Origin: a plasmid
Sequence record: NZ_KX443406.1
DNA: 64,000 bases
Strand: one strand, 5' to 3'
The first letter of the stretch is position 1, and the number at the start of each line of letters is the position of its first letter. Made by a program: the position numbers and the translations under genes. The notes under the pieces were generated by a model. The model had not been told where the DNA came from and ran no database searches. It saw only the letters and a program-made list of their open reading frames with translations. Positions 18,001 through 26,602 of the stretch are shown here, in pieces.

Positions 18001-19283
18001 TCGCGGTCGGCGCGCTCTACGAGAATCTGACCGAGAGCCTTCTCGGCGAGATCCTCACCGAACGCCAGTTCTCGTGGGTCCACCAGCTCGGCGGCTGGGA
18101 CAAGATCGTCGAGATCGTCGCGCAGTCCGAAACCTTCGGCTGGGACACCCGCGCCTTGTTGTCGGATGCGGCCGCGGCGATGCGTGCTGCCGGAAAGGCG
18201 GGCGAGCTCGACAGCGAGCGTCGCGCTCCGGGCCGCGTGATGGCCGATGCCCTGCAGGCTGCGACGAGTCGGGAGAACAGCACCCCTCTCCCCCGCACTC
18301 GCACCGACGCGGTGGCCGGATACTCGGTGCCGGCCCTGAGCGAGGCTGCGGCCGAAACCGATCCGATCCTCGCCGCCTACGTCCAATCGCAGCAGCAGCA
18401 GATGCACGCGTTCGTCGACGCGTACACGACCGCGGCCATCGCCGAGAACGCCGGATGGGTGACGGCAATGGGCGACCCAGGGACGGACTCGCGGAAGATC
18501 GCGATGTGGGAGAAGGCGGTTCGCGAGGTCGCGCTCTCCCGCGTCAAGAACTCCGCGCCGGCCGACGAATCCGACCCCGTGGCGTACCTGACCGCGACGC
18601 GCGCCGAACAGATCACACGAGTGATCGACAGGGTGCAGTCCGCACCGGCTCGACGCTCCCCCTACGCCGATCACACCGCTGCCGAACTCGCGGCCGCGCG
18701 TGAATCGAGTAAGCGGCGGATCGGCGAGACCCGGACCCTCATCGCTCTGGCGAGGCAGGAGCTCGACCGCGCACAGGGCAAGGATTCAGGCACCGCGGCC
18801 GTCGATTCCACGGTCGCGGCCGTCGCGGCGGACGAGCAGAAGATCCACGCCGTGCGGCAGGCCCGGGAAGACCTGGAACTGCTGCGCCGCTCCGGTGTCG
18901 CCACTCGCGATCAGCTCGACAGCGCCGCCCGGGCGGTAGCGGCCGCAGAGGCAGCCGCGCCCCCGGAACGCCGTTGGCCCGTGATCGAGAGGTCCGCACA
19001 GTCGAATCGTGCGATCGCTGCGCAACGCGCCCGCGCCCACGTGACGGACGAGCGCGTCGTCGGAAAGCTCAACGACCGCATCGCCCGCTTGGAGACGTCG
19101 CTGGCGGCCGAGCGCGGGCACCTCAAGTCGATCGACACGGAGATCGAGCACCGTGACGGCTCCGGGACACCCGGCTCCGGGCGGCGCGACGCTCGCGGCA
19201 CGCAGCGACCCACAGGGCCGCCGATCGGGCGGGAAGAGGCTCCGCGCGTCGACCGCGATCACGGACCAGACCTGGATATGTGA
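15015..19283 (+). CDS. traA: MobF-family conjugative relaxase-helicase (TrwC/TraA-like)
   Basis: N-terminus MTVHKLSAGDGYVYLTKHVAAGD is TrwC-like. His-triad motif HFDNRVGDPNLHTHSAILN is present, and the C-terminal half carries Walker A AVGAAGAGKTT (RecD/TraA-like helicase). ATG 15015 is chosen over upstream ATG 14988. Confidence 0.85.
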   Translation: MTVHKLSAGDGYVYLTKHVAAGDATESRKADAVDYYVAKGTPPGIWCGKLAEKAGVEVGTEVTEDAMRSVFGAARTPNAFATRPGKGSTLDERLDWSESTALGRAFSWYENSQEFVNDVEERCSAYKATYGEYPDSAARAAIQQTTARKHLRRAKGDKVDLMSDEDVTKFITEQYAKMRQPVAGYDLVFTPVKSICLLWGLGDAQVKEAVEEAHKQAVDEALAWIEDEVIYTRRGAGGARKVKAEGLLIARFDHFDNRVGDPNLHTHSAILNRVLAEGKWTTIDGQVLYKANVAASERYNTRVADLVARKLGVTFAPRPDTAVGKQPVYEVEGIPVGLLEEFSRRAQIEDRQAELAREYKDKYGKNPPKKVQYAQAQQATLDTRNAKNPPRSLAELRAEWRERASAILAGSDPSTLVDEVQSGRDRRPAFYAPQLPALVQEVTDDLSRKVGSWTVFSLQAEIQRRLREFSFAGEMDVNEYVSDAVDLAVRDYCLPTFTEVYDAPESVSERVERGLRRMVDVDRAEMRYTAQAVLDAEEFMRDNAEIDDEHTVAERVIRRQIRRAEKKAGHTLGSDQIAMIEHFLTARKKVAVAVGAAGAGKTTAATVIARAWEDINGKVVALGPSARAAEVLGEEISVEGRTIADVLTRARVGIPTGIDRGDLLLVDEAGMASARDLADLTRIATEAGAVVRLLGDPQQLASVEAGGVLRDLAERTDAPFLEQVHRFKTEGEAEASLLLRSGADNALDWYERRDRIRDGMRHELPDMVFDAYVADVEADKVALMVAPTNDLVRDLNIKAAAYYRANGTVTGPGVVLADGLEAAVGDVVVTRKNNSKYVVKDADGQRSGRVKNGDLWTVSEIGEDGSLRLRNNVSDGEVTVAADYITDNVQLGYATTVHRSQGMTVGSCHVLAAANMDRQSLYVAMTRGKNTNIVYAANDELPDWDFEHRPDEHPAAIDLLNKIVARDGSQRTVHQMIEDEQRQAASWDRLRSTHNLAVGALYENLTESLLGEILTERQFSWVHQLGGWDKIVEIVAQSETFGWDTRALLSDAAAAMRAAGKAGELDSERRAPGRVMADALQAATSRENSTPLPRTRTDAVAGYSVPALSEAAAETDPILAAYVQSQQQQMHAFVDAYTTAAIAENAGWVTAMGDPGTDSRKIAMWEKAVREVALSRVKNSAPADESDPVAYLTATRAEQITRVIDRVQSAPARRSPYADHTAAELAAARESSKRRIGETRTLIALARQELDRAQGKDSGTAAVDSTVAAVAADEQKIHAVRQAREDLELLRRSGVATRDQLDSAARAVAAAEAAAPPERRWPVIERSAQSNRAIAAQRARAHVTDERVVGKLNDRIARLETSLAAERGHLKSIDTEIEHRDGSGTPGSGRRDARGTQRPTGPPIGREEAPRVDRDHGPDLDM

Positions 19284-19332
19284 GATCACCGGATCCTCGC
19301 CAGAACGCGAGGGGGGAACGAGGAGAGACGAC

Positions 19333-20385
19333 ATGGCTGACAACGACAACAAGCGCCGATTCGGTCGACCGCAACGGGCCCGCGCGATCGACCCGGGACC
19401 GGATGGAGCGGCGGCGCCGCAGCCGGACTGGGCGAAGCCAGGGCGCCCGGCGCACGAGCAGGCTCACCAGGACGTCGTGGATGTCGCTGGATTCCTGTCG
19501 AAGGTCGACCGTGCTCGCGCGCAGGGACGTTCGGTGCCAAAGCCCCAGCCGATGCGCGAGGTGCTCGGCGCGTTCCACAGCTCGCCCCGGGACCAGACAC
19601 GGGTTCAAGTTCTCGCCGCGGCCGCGACCGCTCGCCACCTCGAGGGGGCGCAGTCCGCGAACGCGCAACGCTGGGAGCGGTTGGCCCGGGAGAACGCCGA
19701 CCGGCTCGACGCTCTGCGCCGTCAACAGCACCACCGTGAGCAGGTCGCGTACCAGGCGGCGCGGATGAGTCCGGAACAGATTCAGCAGCGTGACGCGCAA
19801 CGATCGGCCTCCGAAACCGAGTCCGACAAGCGAGCGTTCGACGCCGCGGCCGCAATTGCGCTCGGCTACGTCGCAGCCCGAGGACTCCCTCCATTCGACA
19901 GACTGGCCGCGCTGTCCGCAGAGCATCTCGACGTCCCCGCGCCGGAGCCGACCTTCGAGATCGACGAGGAACCCACCGCCGACGTGCAGGCCGACCCGTC
20001 CGCCAGCCCGGATCTCGAACAGGGCCCCGCCGCTGATGAAGCGGTGGACGTATCGGCGGACCTCGAACCGGTGGCCACACCGGAAGCGGGCGGGGCATCC
20101 GCGCCGAGCAGGCTGGGGCCGGAGCTCGAACGCGCCGGCCGCGGCCTGGCAAGCGCGATCGGAGCCACGCACGGCGACGATGAAGTCGCGCCGAACCTTT
20201 CCCCGGTCCATCTGCCGCAGGTCACCGACGAACTTCTCGGCGCCCTGCGCGCTGCGCAGCTAGGGCATCCGCGGTCCGTGACCGAAATGCTCAACATCGA
20301 GCGCGAACCCGATCAGAGCAATGAGGCCGCGTTCGTTCCCGATATGGGTGTCGGGCGCGACCACTCGATGACCGCCGAAATGTAG
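19333..20385 (+). CDS. hypothetical protein (350 aa)
   Basis: ATG 19333 after AGGAGAG SD. Low-complexity Ala/Arg/Glu-rich sequence with no recognisable domain. Confidence 0.4.
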   Translation: MADNDNKRRFGRPQRARAIDPGPDGAAAPQPDWAKPGRPAHEQAHQDVVDVAGFLSKVDRARAQGRSVPKPQPMREVLGAFHSSPRDQTRVQVLAAAATARHLEGAQSANAQRWERLARENADRLDALRRQQHHREQVAYQAARMSPEQIQQRDAQRSASETESDKRAFDAAAAIALGYVAARGLPPFDRLAALSAEHLDVPAPEPTFEIDEEPTADVQADPSASPDLEQGPAADEAVDVSADLEPVATPEAGGASAPSRLGPELERAGRGLASAIGATHGDDEVAPNLSPVHLPQVTDELLGALRAAQLGHPRSVTEMLNIEREPDQSNEAAFVPDMGVGRDHSMTAEM

Positions 20386-20470
20386 GCGGTCACGGTCTAT
20401 CCCGTGCATGCCGATGCCCCCGATCCAGTGCCGGATCGGGGGCATCGTCATTCCCCAGCGCAGAGGGCCG

Positions 20471-22897
20471 CTACTTGGCGGCCTTGCGCTTCGTCGTGCC
20501 GCTGGGACGCTTCGCGTCGTCGAATTTCAAGACGAACCCGACCACTTTGCGCCCGTTGAAGGTCTTCTCCGCCAGCGCACCTTTGGCCGTGTACGGTCTG
20601 CCGGTCTTGCTCTTGGCTGCGAACTCGATGGTCTCCCCAGCCAGCAGCTTCGCCAGCTCCTCCTCCGTGAAGTCCTTGCCGGGCCAGTGTTCGTTGGCAC
20701 CCCAGCCCCGACCCTTGAACGAGACCTTCTTGCCCTTCCACACACCGGTGACCAGGTCGGTTCTCTCCTCGAACTGAGGCTTGAAACCCACGTACGGGTA
20801 CTGCTTGCCGTCCTTCTCCAACACGCCGGACTCAAGCCGGCCCTTGCAGGTGTACGTGGTACCGGTCTTGGGACGCTTCGCGGTGATCTCGATGCTCTCG
20901 CCGGCCAGCAGCGCCGCCACCTCGGCGTCGGTGAACCGGTGCCCACCGAAGACCCGCTTCGCGCGGGTGACCACGGTGCCGTTGTGGGTGAACTGCAGCG
21001 CGGGCGGCAAGTCGATGGCCTCGACAGGCGCATGGGTCAGTCCGGCCTTGGCGATTCGGTCCTTGACCTCAGCAGGCAATCGGCCCGCGTTCACCTTCAT
21101 CTTCTCGATGTCGTGACGCACCAGGTCGGCCACCAACGGCAGGAAGTCGGGGGTCGCGCCGGTGCCCGCCTCGATCTGCGCCATCTGCTCGTATACCTGC
21201 TCGGTGATCGACAGGTCGCCGATGTGTGTGCCCGGGAGGATGCGGTGGTTGAGCTCGCCGAGCGGGCTGAGGGTGAGCTTGCCGCGCTTCTCGATCATGA
21301 GGGCCTTGCCGGTGGCGTTGTTGGTGACCTCGGCGTATGTGCTGGTCCGGGTGGCACCGGTGCCCACGCTCCGCTTCTCGAGCTGCTTCATCAGCCAGCT
21401 CATCGTCGGATGGGGCGGCCTCGCTGGGAAGCCTTCGTGCACGAACGGTTCCGCGAGCTTGCCGAGTGTGGTCGCCCCCGACGCCGGTTCGGGCTCGTCG
21501 GTGTCGTCGTCTTCGACGACGAACACGCCCTTCCAGCCGAGCACGGCCGGCACGTTCAGCGAACCGACGAAGGTCGGGTACTTCTCGACATGTCCCCGGT
21601 GCTGGTCGTACTCGTAGTCCGGTGCCAGCATCGTCAGATAGTTCTTCGCCAGCACCTCGTAGATTTCTCGGCCCAGCTCGCCGAATCTCTTCTCCACCGC
21701 GTCCAGGCTGGGAGGGACGTTGGGTCCCGGGCGGTTGGCACCGTGCGCGCCACCGGACTTGACGTGACTCTTGCGCGGGGTGCGGTGGCTCAACGCCGCC
21801 GATTCCACACCGACGACGGCGGCGATCGCGTCGATCAGCGGAAGCAGCTCGTTGAACTGCTCAGGCGAGATGAACTTGTCCTCGGTGCGCGGGTACGAGA
21901 CCACCTGGACCTCGTACATCTTCTGGTAGGTCTCGAGCACGTTCTTGGCGCCGAACCCCTTCTTCGACAGCAGCGAGGAGAGCGCGGCCAGGTCCATCAG
22001 CCGCGGCGGCGTGGTCTTCTTACGGGTCGTCCCGTCGTGGACCACCGCGGACGCGCTCAAGCCGTCTGGGACGTCGGCCTTGTTCTCGAACCGGTCGATA
22101 TCGGGATCGGTGTAGGTCACGCCGTTCTCGTCACGGAACCGGTTCTCGTAGAACGCCTTCTTGACGTAGCCGTTGTGGGCGTCGAGGCCGTCGCCGACGA
22201 TCACGACCATCGCCGACTTGAGGCGGCCGTTGCGCAGCACCGTGTTGGACCCGGAGACCCTGGTCGCGACGCGGGTGAACTGCATCGACAGCATGTCCCA
22301 CTTCGATCGGAAGTCGGCCTTGCGGTAGTCACCCTCGTCTTGGATAGACGACACCGGCCGCCGCGTCCTGAACGCCTTCTGCAGCGAGGCCGGGGTCTCG
22401 TCGAGGAACTCCATCCGCTCGAGCTTCTTGCCCTGCAGGCCGAGGAACTCCACGATCTCCCAGCCCAGCAGTGAGCCCTCACCGGTCGGATCGAGGTCGG
22501 CGGCGTTGCACACCGTGTCGCAGTCCGACAGCGTCGTCTTGAGCTGCGCGAGCAGGCTCTTCGCGTCCTTGTCGGTGACCAGCTTCCCGCCCGAGAGCTT
22601 GCGCCTGACTTCGCGCTCCCAGCGGAAGTCTTCGGAGCGCCACGGGAGATTCGCGAGTTCCCAGCTCTTGTACCGCTCAGCGAGCGCCTCCGGCACCATC
22701 GCCGACGGGTCCTTTAATTCGAGCAGATGGCCTCGCGCATTGACGATGACGTATTCCGTGCCGTCGAACGTGCCACTCATGCCACCGAGCGCGGCCGCGA
22801 AGTTGCGCGCCGCCGAGGGCTTCTCGGTGAGGATGCCCACTTTCCCCTTCGAGGTGGATCGACTGTCAGAGTTACGGGACACAGAAACACACTCCAT
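20471..22897 (-). CDS. type IA DNA topoisomerase (Topo III-like) with C-terminal repeat domains
   Basis: Toprim start GILTEKPSAARNFAAALGG...ARGHLLEL is Topo III-type (AEKPS). Tandem C-terminal repeats (FTDAEVAALLAGESIEITAKRPKTGTTYTCKGRL / FTEEELAKLLAGETIEFAAKSKTGRPYTAKGAL). Start set at MECVSVS (ATG revcomp at 22895-22897) after GGGAGGGG SD. Confidence 0.8.
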   Translation of the reverse strand: MECVSVSRNSDSRSTSKGKVGILTEKPSAARNFAAALGGMSGTFDGTEYVIVNARGHLLELKDPSAMVPEALAERYKSWELANLPWRSEDFRWEREVRRKLSGGKLVTDKDAKSLLAQLKTTLSDCDTVCNAADLDPTGEGSLLGWEIVEFLGLQGKKLERMEFLDETPASLQKAFRTRRPVSSIQDEGDYRKADFRSKWDMLSMQFTRVATRVSGSNTVLRNGRLKSAMVVIVGDGLDAHNGYVKKAFYENRFRDENGVTYTDPDIDRFENKADVPDGLSASAVVHDGTTRKKTTPPRLMDLAALSSLLSKKGFGAKNVLETYQKMYEVQVVSYPRTEDKFISPEQFNELLPLIDAIAAVVGVESAALSHRTPRKSHVKSGGAHGANRPGPNVPPSLDAVEKRFGELGREIYEVLAKNYLTMLAPDYEYDQHRGHVEKYPTFVGSLNVPAVLGWKGVFVVEDDDTDEPEPASGATTLGKLAEPFVHEGFPARPPHPTMSWLMKQLEKRSVGTGATRTSTYAEVTNNATGKALMIEKRGKLTLSPLGELNHRILPGTHIGDLSITEQVYEQMAQIEAGTGATPDFLPLVADLVRHDIEKMKVNAGRLPAEVKDRIAKAGLTHAPVEAIDLPPALQFTHNGTVVTRAKRVFGGHRFTDAEVAALLAGESIEITAKRPKTGTTYTCKGRLESGVLEKDGKQYPYVGFKPQFEERTDLVTGVWKGKKVSFKGRGWGANEHWPGKDFTEEELAKLLAGETIEFAAKSKTGRPYTAKGALAEKTFNGRKVVGFVLKFDDAKRPSGTTKRKAAK

Positions 22898-22956
22898 CGT
22901 GGGATAACCCCTCCCGGGGATTGGCTGGGCCTGGTGCCCTGCCATGCGATTTGAAT

Positions 22957-23400
22957 CTATACAAGATCACTCTTCGGCTCGAGTCGACCCGCGTGCGTGC
23001 TCTTCTGCTTCCGGCGCAGGGCAATGACGCCCACCGCGGCACCGAGGGCCGCCGGGGCCACGATGATCGCGGCAAGCCCGGGGTCTGGGATCACGTCGAC
23101 GAAGTTCACTCGCCGCCCGCGGATGTCGGCCATCTGTGCGGCCGCGGCGAGAAGTAGATTCCACGAAGCAGCCACACATGTGACACCGACACCTCCGATT
23201 GCCTCGACGGCCAGAGACCCCCGCGGCTGGAATGTCCCACCGCGGCGCGACGTGGTGCCGATCTTCCAGAGCAGTACGGCGAGCCCGATGAACGCGGTGC
23301 TCGGGAGGATCACGCTCAACACAATGTCGAGTATGGCCAATGACCCGCCAACGTCCGACGGGGGCGGCTCTGGGATCGGTTCGGTGAAAACGGAACTCAC
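22957..23400 (-). CDS. small integral membrane protein
   Basis: Three to four hydrophobic helices. Start overlaps the stop of the DUF4913 gene (ATGA), so it is operon-internal. Confidence 0.5.
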   Translation of the reverse strand: MSSVFTEPIPEPPPSDVGGSLAILDIVLSVILPSTAFIGLAVLLWKIGTTSRRGGTFQPRGSLAVEAIGGVGVTCVAASWNLLLAAAAQMADIRGRRVNFVDVIPDPGLAAIIVAPAALGAAVGVIALRRKQKSTHAGRLEPKSDLV

Positions 23401-24014
23401 TCTTCCGCCCCCTCGCCGTTGTTGACGATGTAGTTGAAGACGTCGGCGGGGACGTCGTCGACGGGCAGGACCGGCCAGCCCATCCAGTCACGGGATTCTT
23501 TCGCGTTGGCCATCGGCCCGGTGTCGCCGTCGAGGATCACGCGCAGATGCGGTTCGAGGTGCTGAATCCACCACAGCGACATGGCCGACATCGAATCCGA
23601 GGCCCTCGCCTCTTCCCATGAGTAGTGCAGCGCGGTCATTCGTGCGACGACCTCGGGGTAGGCCCACCAGCGAGCGTCCCAGGACAGGGAGGAGTCTGAG
23701 TCGCCGATCTTGCGGCGGATCACCGGGCGGAAGAACCCATCGAACCACTCGAAGACGTTCGCGAACTGCGGTTTCTTCGCTGGGGGCTCCTCGGCTTCGG
23801 GCGGTGCGTCGTGTGCGCCGTCCGGTTGCTCGGCAGCTCGCTCGGCGTACTCGTCTTCGTCCTCCGGGCCGTCGGCGAAGTCGTGGTCGGCGTATTCGCT
23901 GCCCGTGTCGTCAGCGTCGGCCTGCTCGGCGTCCTCCCAGCCGACGATCTCGGGCTCCGTGGTTTCGTCGCCGGCATCCCAGTTGTCTGCGTCCTCGACA
24001 GCGAACCTGACCAT
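23397..24014 (-). CDS. DUF4913-family protein (acidic N-terminus)
   Basis: FANVFEWFDGFFRPVIRR...WWAYPEVVARMTALHYSWE matches the family typically found beside coupling proteins in actinobacterial conjugation loci. Confidence 0.6.
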   Translation of the reverse strand: MVRFAVEDADNWDAGDETTEPEIVGWEDAEQADADDTGSEYADHDFADGPEDEDEYAERAAEQPDGAHDAPPEAEEPPAKKPQFANVFEWFDGFFRPVIRRKIGDSDSSLSWDARWWAYPEVVARMTALHYSWEEARASDSMSAMSLWWIQHLEPHLRVILDGDTGPMANAKESRDWMGWPVLPVDDVPADVFNYIVNNGEGAEE

Positions 24015-24016
24015 GT

Positions 24017-26029
24017 TCAGTCCTTCCCCAGGAACTCGGAATCGAATAGGGCATCGACGCGCGACGAGCTCACGCCGACGTCGGGCGTGTGGTCTGCGAC
24101 GAGCTGCGGGGCTGCGGTGTTGACTACGGCCTCCGGTTCCGGATCGACGTCCACGGCGGTGGCGGGCCGGTCGGACATGCCGAGGGGCAGGGCCTTCTGC
24201 TGTTCGAGCGTGGTCGCGAGCTTGCTGTCCTTCTTCGACTGGCGGATCTCGTCGGCGAAGGGGGAACCGCCCCAGAACGCTTTGCGGACCAGGATCGGTG
24301 AGCTGCCACCGATCGTGACGATGGCGCGGGTCTTCGGAAGCGCCTTGAGGTCACGCTTTTCGAAGATGCTCTCCTTCTGCCAGCTGCTCGACACCGTCGA
24401 TTGGCCAGAGGCGAACAGGCCGGCGCCCCGGTTCCGGGACTCGGACTCGACGTAGTGCGTGCCGATGGCGTCGACGAGACCAGAGATGTATGCGTCGTCC
24501 TTGACGTTGCCGCCGTACCAGGTGACGCTGCAGGCGTCGACCATCGCGTCGAACGCTTCGCGTCCCCAGACCTTCTCGCCCTGCGAGGGAGACTGCAAGA
24601 AGGTGATGAGGATGATGCCGCGGCCGCCGAAATGGGAGTACCACCGCGGCAGGTCTTCGAGCTTGCAGATGTTCGCTGCCTCGTCGAGGACCGCGGTCAT
24701 CGGGATCGGCATCCGCTCCGACTCCTGCTGCTCGGAGTATTCCTCGGCGCTGTTGAGGATCTGACCGACGAGCGCGCTCGAGATCGCCGACGACGATCCC
24801 GGACCGTCCTTCGACATGGCGTACATGGTGTCGGTGCGGGCAACGAACTCTTCCGCGATGAACTCCGGGAGGTCGTGCACCACATCGCCCGGGGCGAAGG
24901 TGATGTTCCCGTCGGGATCGGTGCCGATGATGGTGCGCTGGTTCGGCAGGACGGCCTCGGCGTAGCGAGGCTCGTCGAGTGGGGCGAGGAAGCGGCGGGC
25001 CATGTCGTAGAAGCCGTCGCGCTGCTTTGCGTTGACGGACTGCTTGCCGCGCATCGTCTTCGCCAGGTCCGGATATCCGTACTGCTTGAGAATCGCGGGC
25101 GGGATCTGCGACTGGGTGTTCGTCAGCCACTCGACCACGTGCCGGATGTCGCCGCCGGCCAGCGAAGCCGCCAGCATGTACGAGGCGAACAGGTCGCGAG
25201 CATTGCCGTCGAAGTAGGCGTCGACCTTGGCATTGGCGTCGGTGGCCGCGGAGATGAAGTAGCCACACACGGCCGCCGCGGACGGCAGGTCGGTCACGTT
25301 CCGCAGCGGGTTGAACCAGAACGTGGCGCGCTGGCGACGATCACCGGTGGTGACGCCCTGCAGGTCGAACAGCCAGACCCGGCCCGACTTCCGGCGCAGG
25401 CCGACGGTGTGGGAGTAGACGTCGCCGCGATTGGAGGCGACGATAATGGCGCCGGGAGCATGGCAGATCGCCGGGATCGCCAGACCCGCCGACTTACCCA
25501 TTCGGGCGCCAGCGTAGGCGAGGCACACGAACTCCCACGGCAGCCGCAGGTCGCGTTTGCCGACGACGGTTTCGCCGAGGGGAATGCCCAGGTATCCGGG
25601 GTGATCGCGGGGAATGGCAGGGGCGAGGCGTTCGGTCGTCTCGGCGAGGTGCTTGAAGTTCGTCTCGTCGACCTCGCGGGGGTCGACCATCGTGTCCGCG
25701 AGCTTGTCGATACGGATCTCCGACCGCTTGTCCTTCACCTTCTCGAGGACACCGATCTTGCGGAGGATCCACCATCCGCCGAGGAACGCGACGGCGAGCA
25801 GGAGCAGTTCGAGGATCAGCACCGATGTCGCGCCACCCGGCCAGGTCGTCTTGCCGAAGCCGAGAGAGATGAACAGCGCGAGCGGATTCCAGGTGGGGTG
25901 ATCGCCACCGCCCTGGTTGTAGGCGATGGTCGGCAGGAACGCCGCCGCTACGACCACTGGAAGTGCCTTCAACAGGACTTCGTCGGAGTTGGAGCTGCCA
26001 TTCGGTCGGTCGCGTCGTGCACGTGCCAT
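24017..26029 (-). CDS. type IV coupling protein (VirD4/TraG/TraD-like ATPase)
   Basis: N-terminal TM segments. TraG/TraD-family features include LDEAANICKLEDLPRWYSHFGGRGIILITFLQSPSQ. 670 aa. Confidence 0.8.
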   Translation of the reverse strand: MARARRDRPNGSSNSDEVLLKALPVVVAAAFLPTIAYNQGGGDHPTWNPLALFISLGFGKTTWPGGATSVLILELLLLAVAFLGGWWILRKIGVLEKVKDKRSEIRIDKLADTMVDPREVDETNFKHLAETTERLAPAIPRDHPGYLGIPLGETVVGKRDLRLPWEFVCLAYAGARMGKSAGLAIPAICHAPGAIIVASNRGDVYSHTVGLRRKSGRVWLFDLQGVTTGDRRQRATFWFNPLRNVTDLPSAAAVCGYFISAATDANAKVDAYFDGNARDLFASYMLAASLAGGDIRHVVEWLTNTQSQIPPAILKQYGYPDLAKTMRGKQSVNAKQRDGFYDMARRFLAPLDEPRYAEAVLPNQRTIIGTDPDGNITFAPGDVVHDLPEFIAEEFVARTDTMYAMSKDGPGSSSAISSALVGQILNSAEEYSEQQESERMPIPMTAVLDEAANICKLEDLPRWYSHFGGRGIILITFLQSPSQGEKVWGREAFDAMVDACSVTWYGGNVKDDAYISGLVDAIGTHYVESESRNRGAGLFASGQSTVSSSWQKESIFEKRDLKALPKTRAIVTIGGSSPILVRKAFWGGSPFADEIRQSKKDSKLATTLEQQKALPLGMSDRPATAVDVDPEPEAVVNTAAPQLVADHTPDVGVSSSRVDALFDSEFLGKD

Positions 26030-26045
26030 TTCGAGTAGACCCCTT

Positions 26046-26591
26046 CTACTTCTGGAATCGGTAGTCGGTCATGCGCCATCCGTCGTCGGTACGGGTGACT
26101 GTGGTGCGCCAGGTCTCGGGCGTGAGCCGGGTGCTTTGGCCGCTGGCGTGCAGGACCGTTTGCCGGCAGGTGACGTCGATGACGACGGTGCGCATTCCAG
26201 CCGGCGCCGCAGGTGTGGTGTCGGCGCGAACGCAGTTCGCCGTCAGCGCGTCCTTGTCGGCCGCCCACTGTTGCCAGTCGCGGTCGGGGCGGAGCGACAC
26301 GCTCTTCCCTTCCTCGGCGGCCGCGAGAAGGTCGCCACCAAGCCACGGCTTGGCCCGTACGAGGGCGTCACCCTTGCTGTCGTCGACCGCGGGCTGCCAG
26401 GACAGGATCGTTTGCATGGCCGTGATGGCGGTCTGGTCAGCGTCAATTTCTTGCGGAGACAACGGGGTTATGGCGGCGTGGTCGTCGGTGCCGGTGTGCG
26501 GAGCGTTGTCCGAGTCGCTACCGCAACCCGCGAGTGCGATTGCGGTCGCGGCGGTCAATGCCACTGCTGCGGTTGCGCGCTGGATCCTCAC
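26046..26591 (-). CDS. lipoprotein (LAGC lipobox)
   Basis: Start inferred at GTG (VRIQRATAAVALTAATAIALAGCGSDSD) after AAAGGACCA SD; the upstream part of the 343-aa track ORF is off-gene read-through. Confidence 0.5.
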   Translation of the reverse strand: MRIQRATAAVALTAATAIALAGCGSDSDNAPHTGTDDHAAITPLSPQEIDADQTAITAMQTILSWQPAVDDSKGDALVRAKPWLGGDLLAAAEEGKSVSLRPDRDWQQWAADKDALTANCVRADTTPAAPAGMRTVVIDVTCRQTVLHASGQSTRLTPETWRTTVTRTDDGWRMTDYRFQK

Positions 26592-26602
26592 TGCTGGTCC
26601 TT

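Noticed and set aside
20408-22474. 688-aa plus-strand ORF
   Set aside because: Antisense to the Topo III-like gene (clear Toprim and C-terminal repeat domains on the minus strand).
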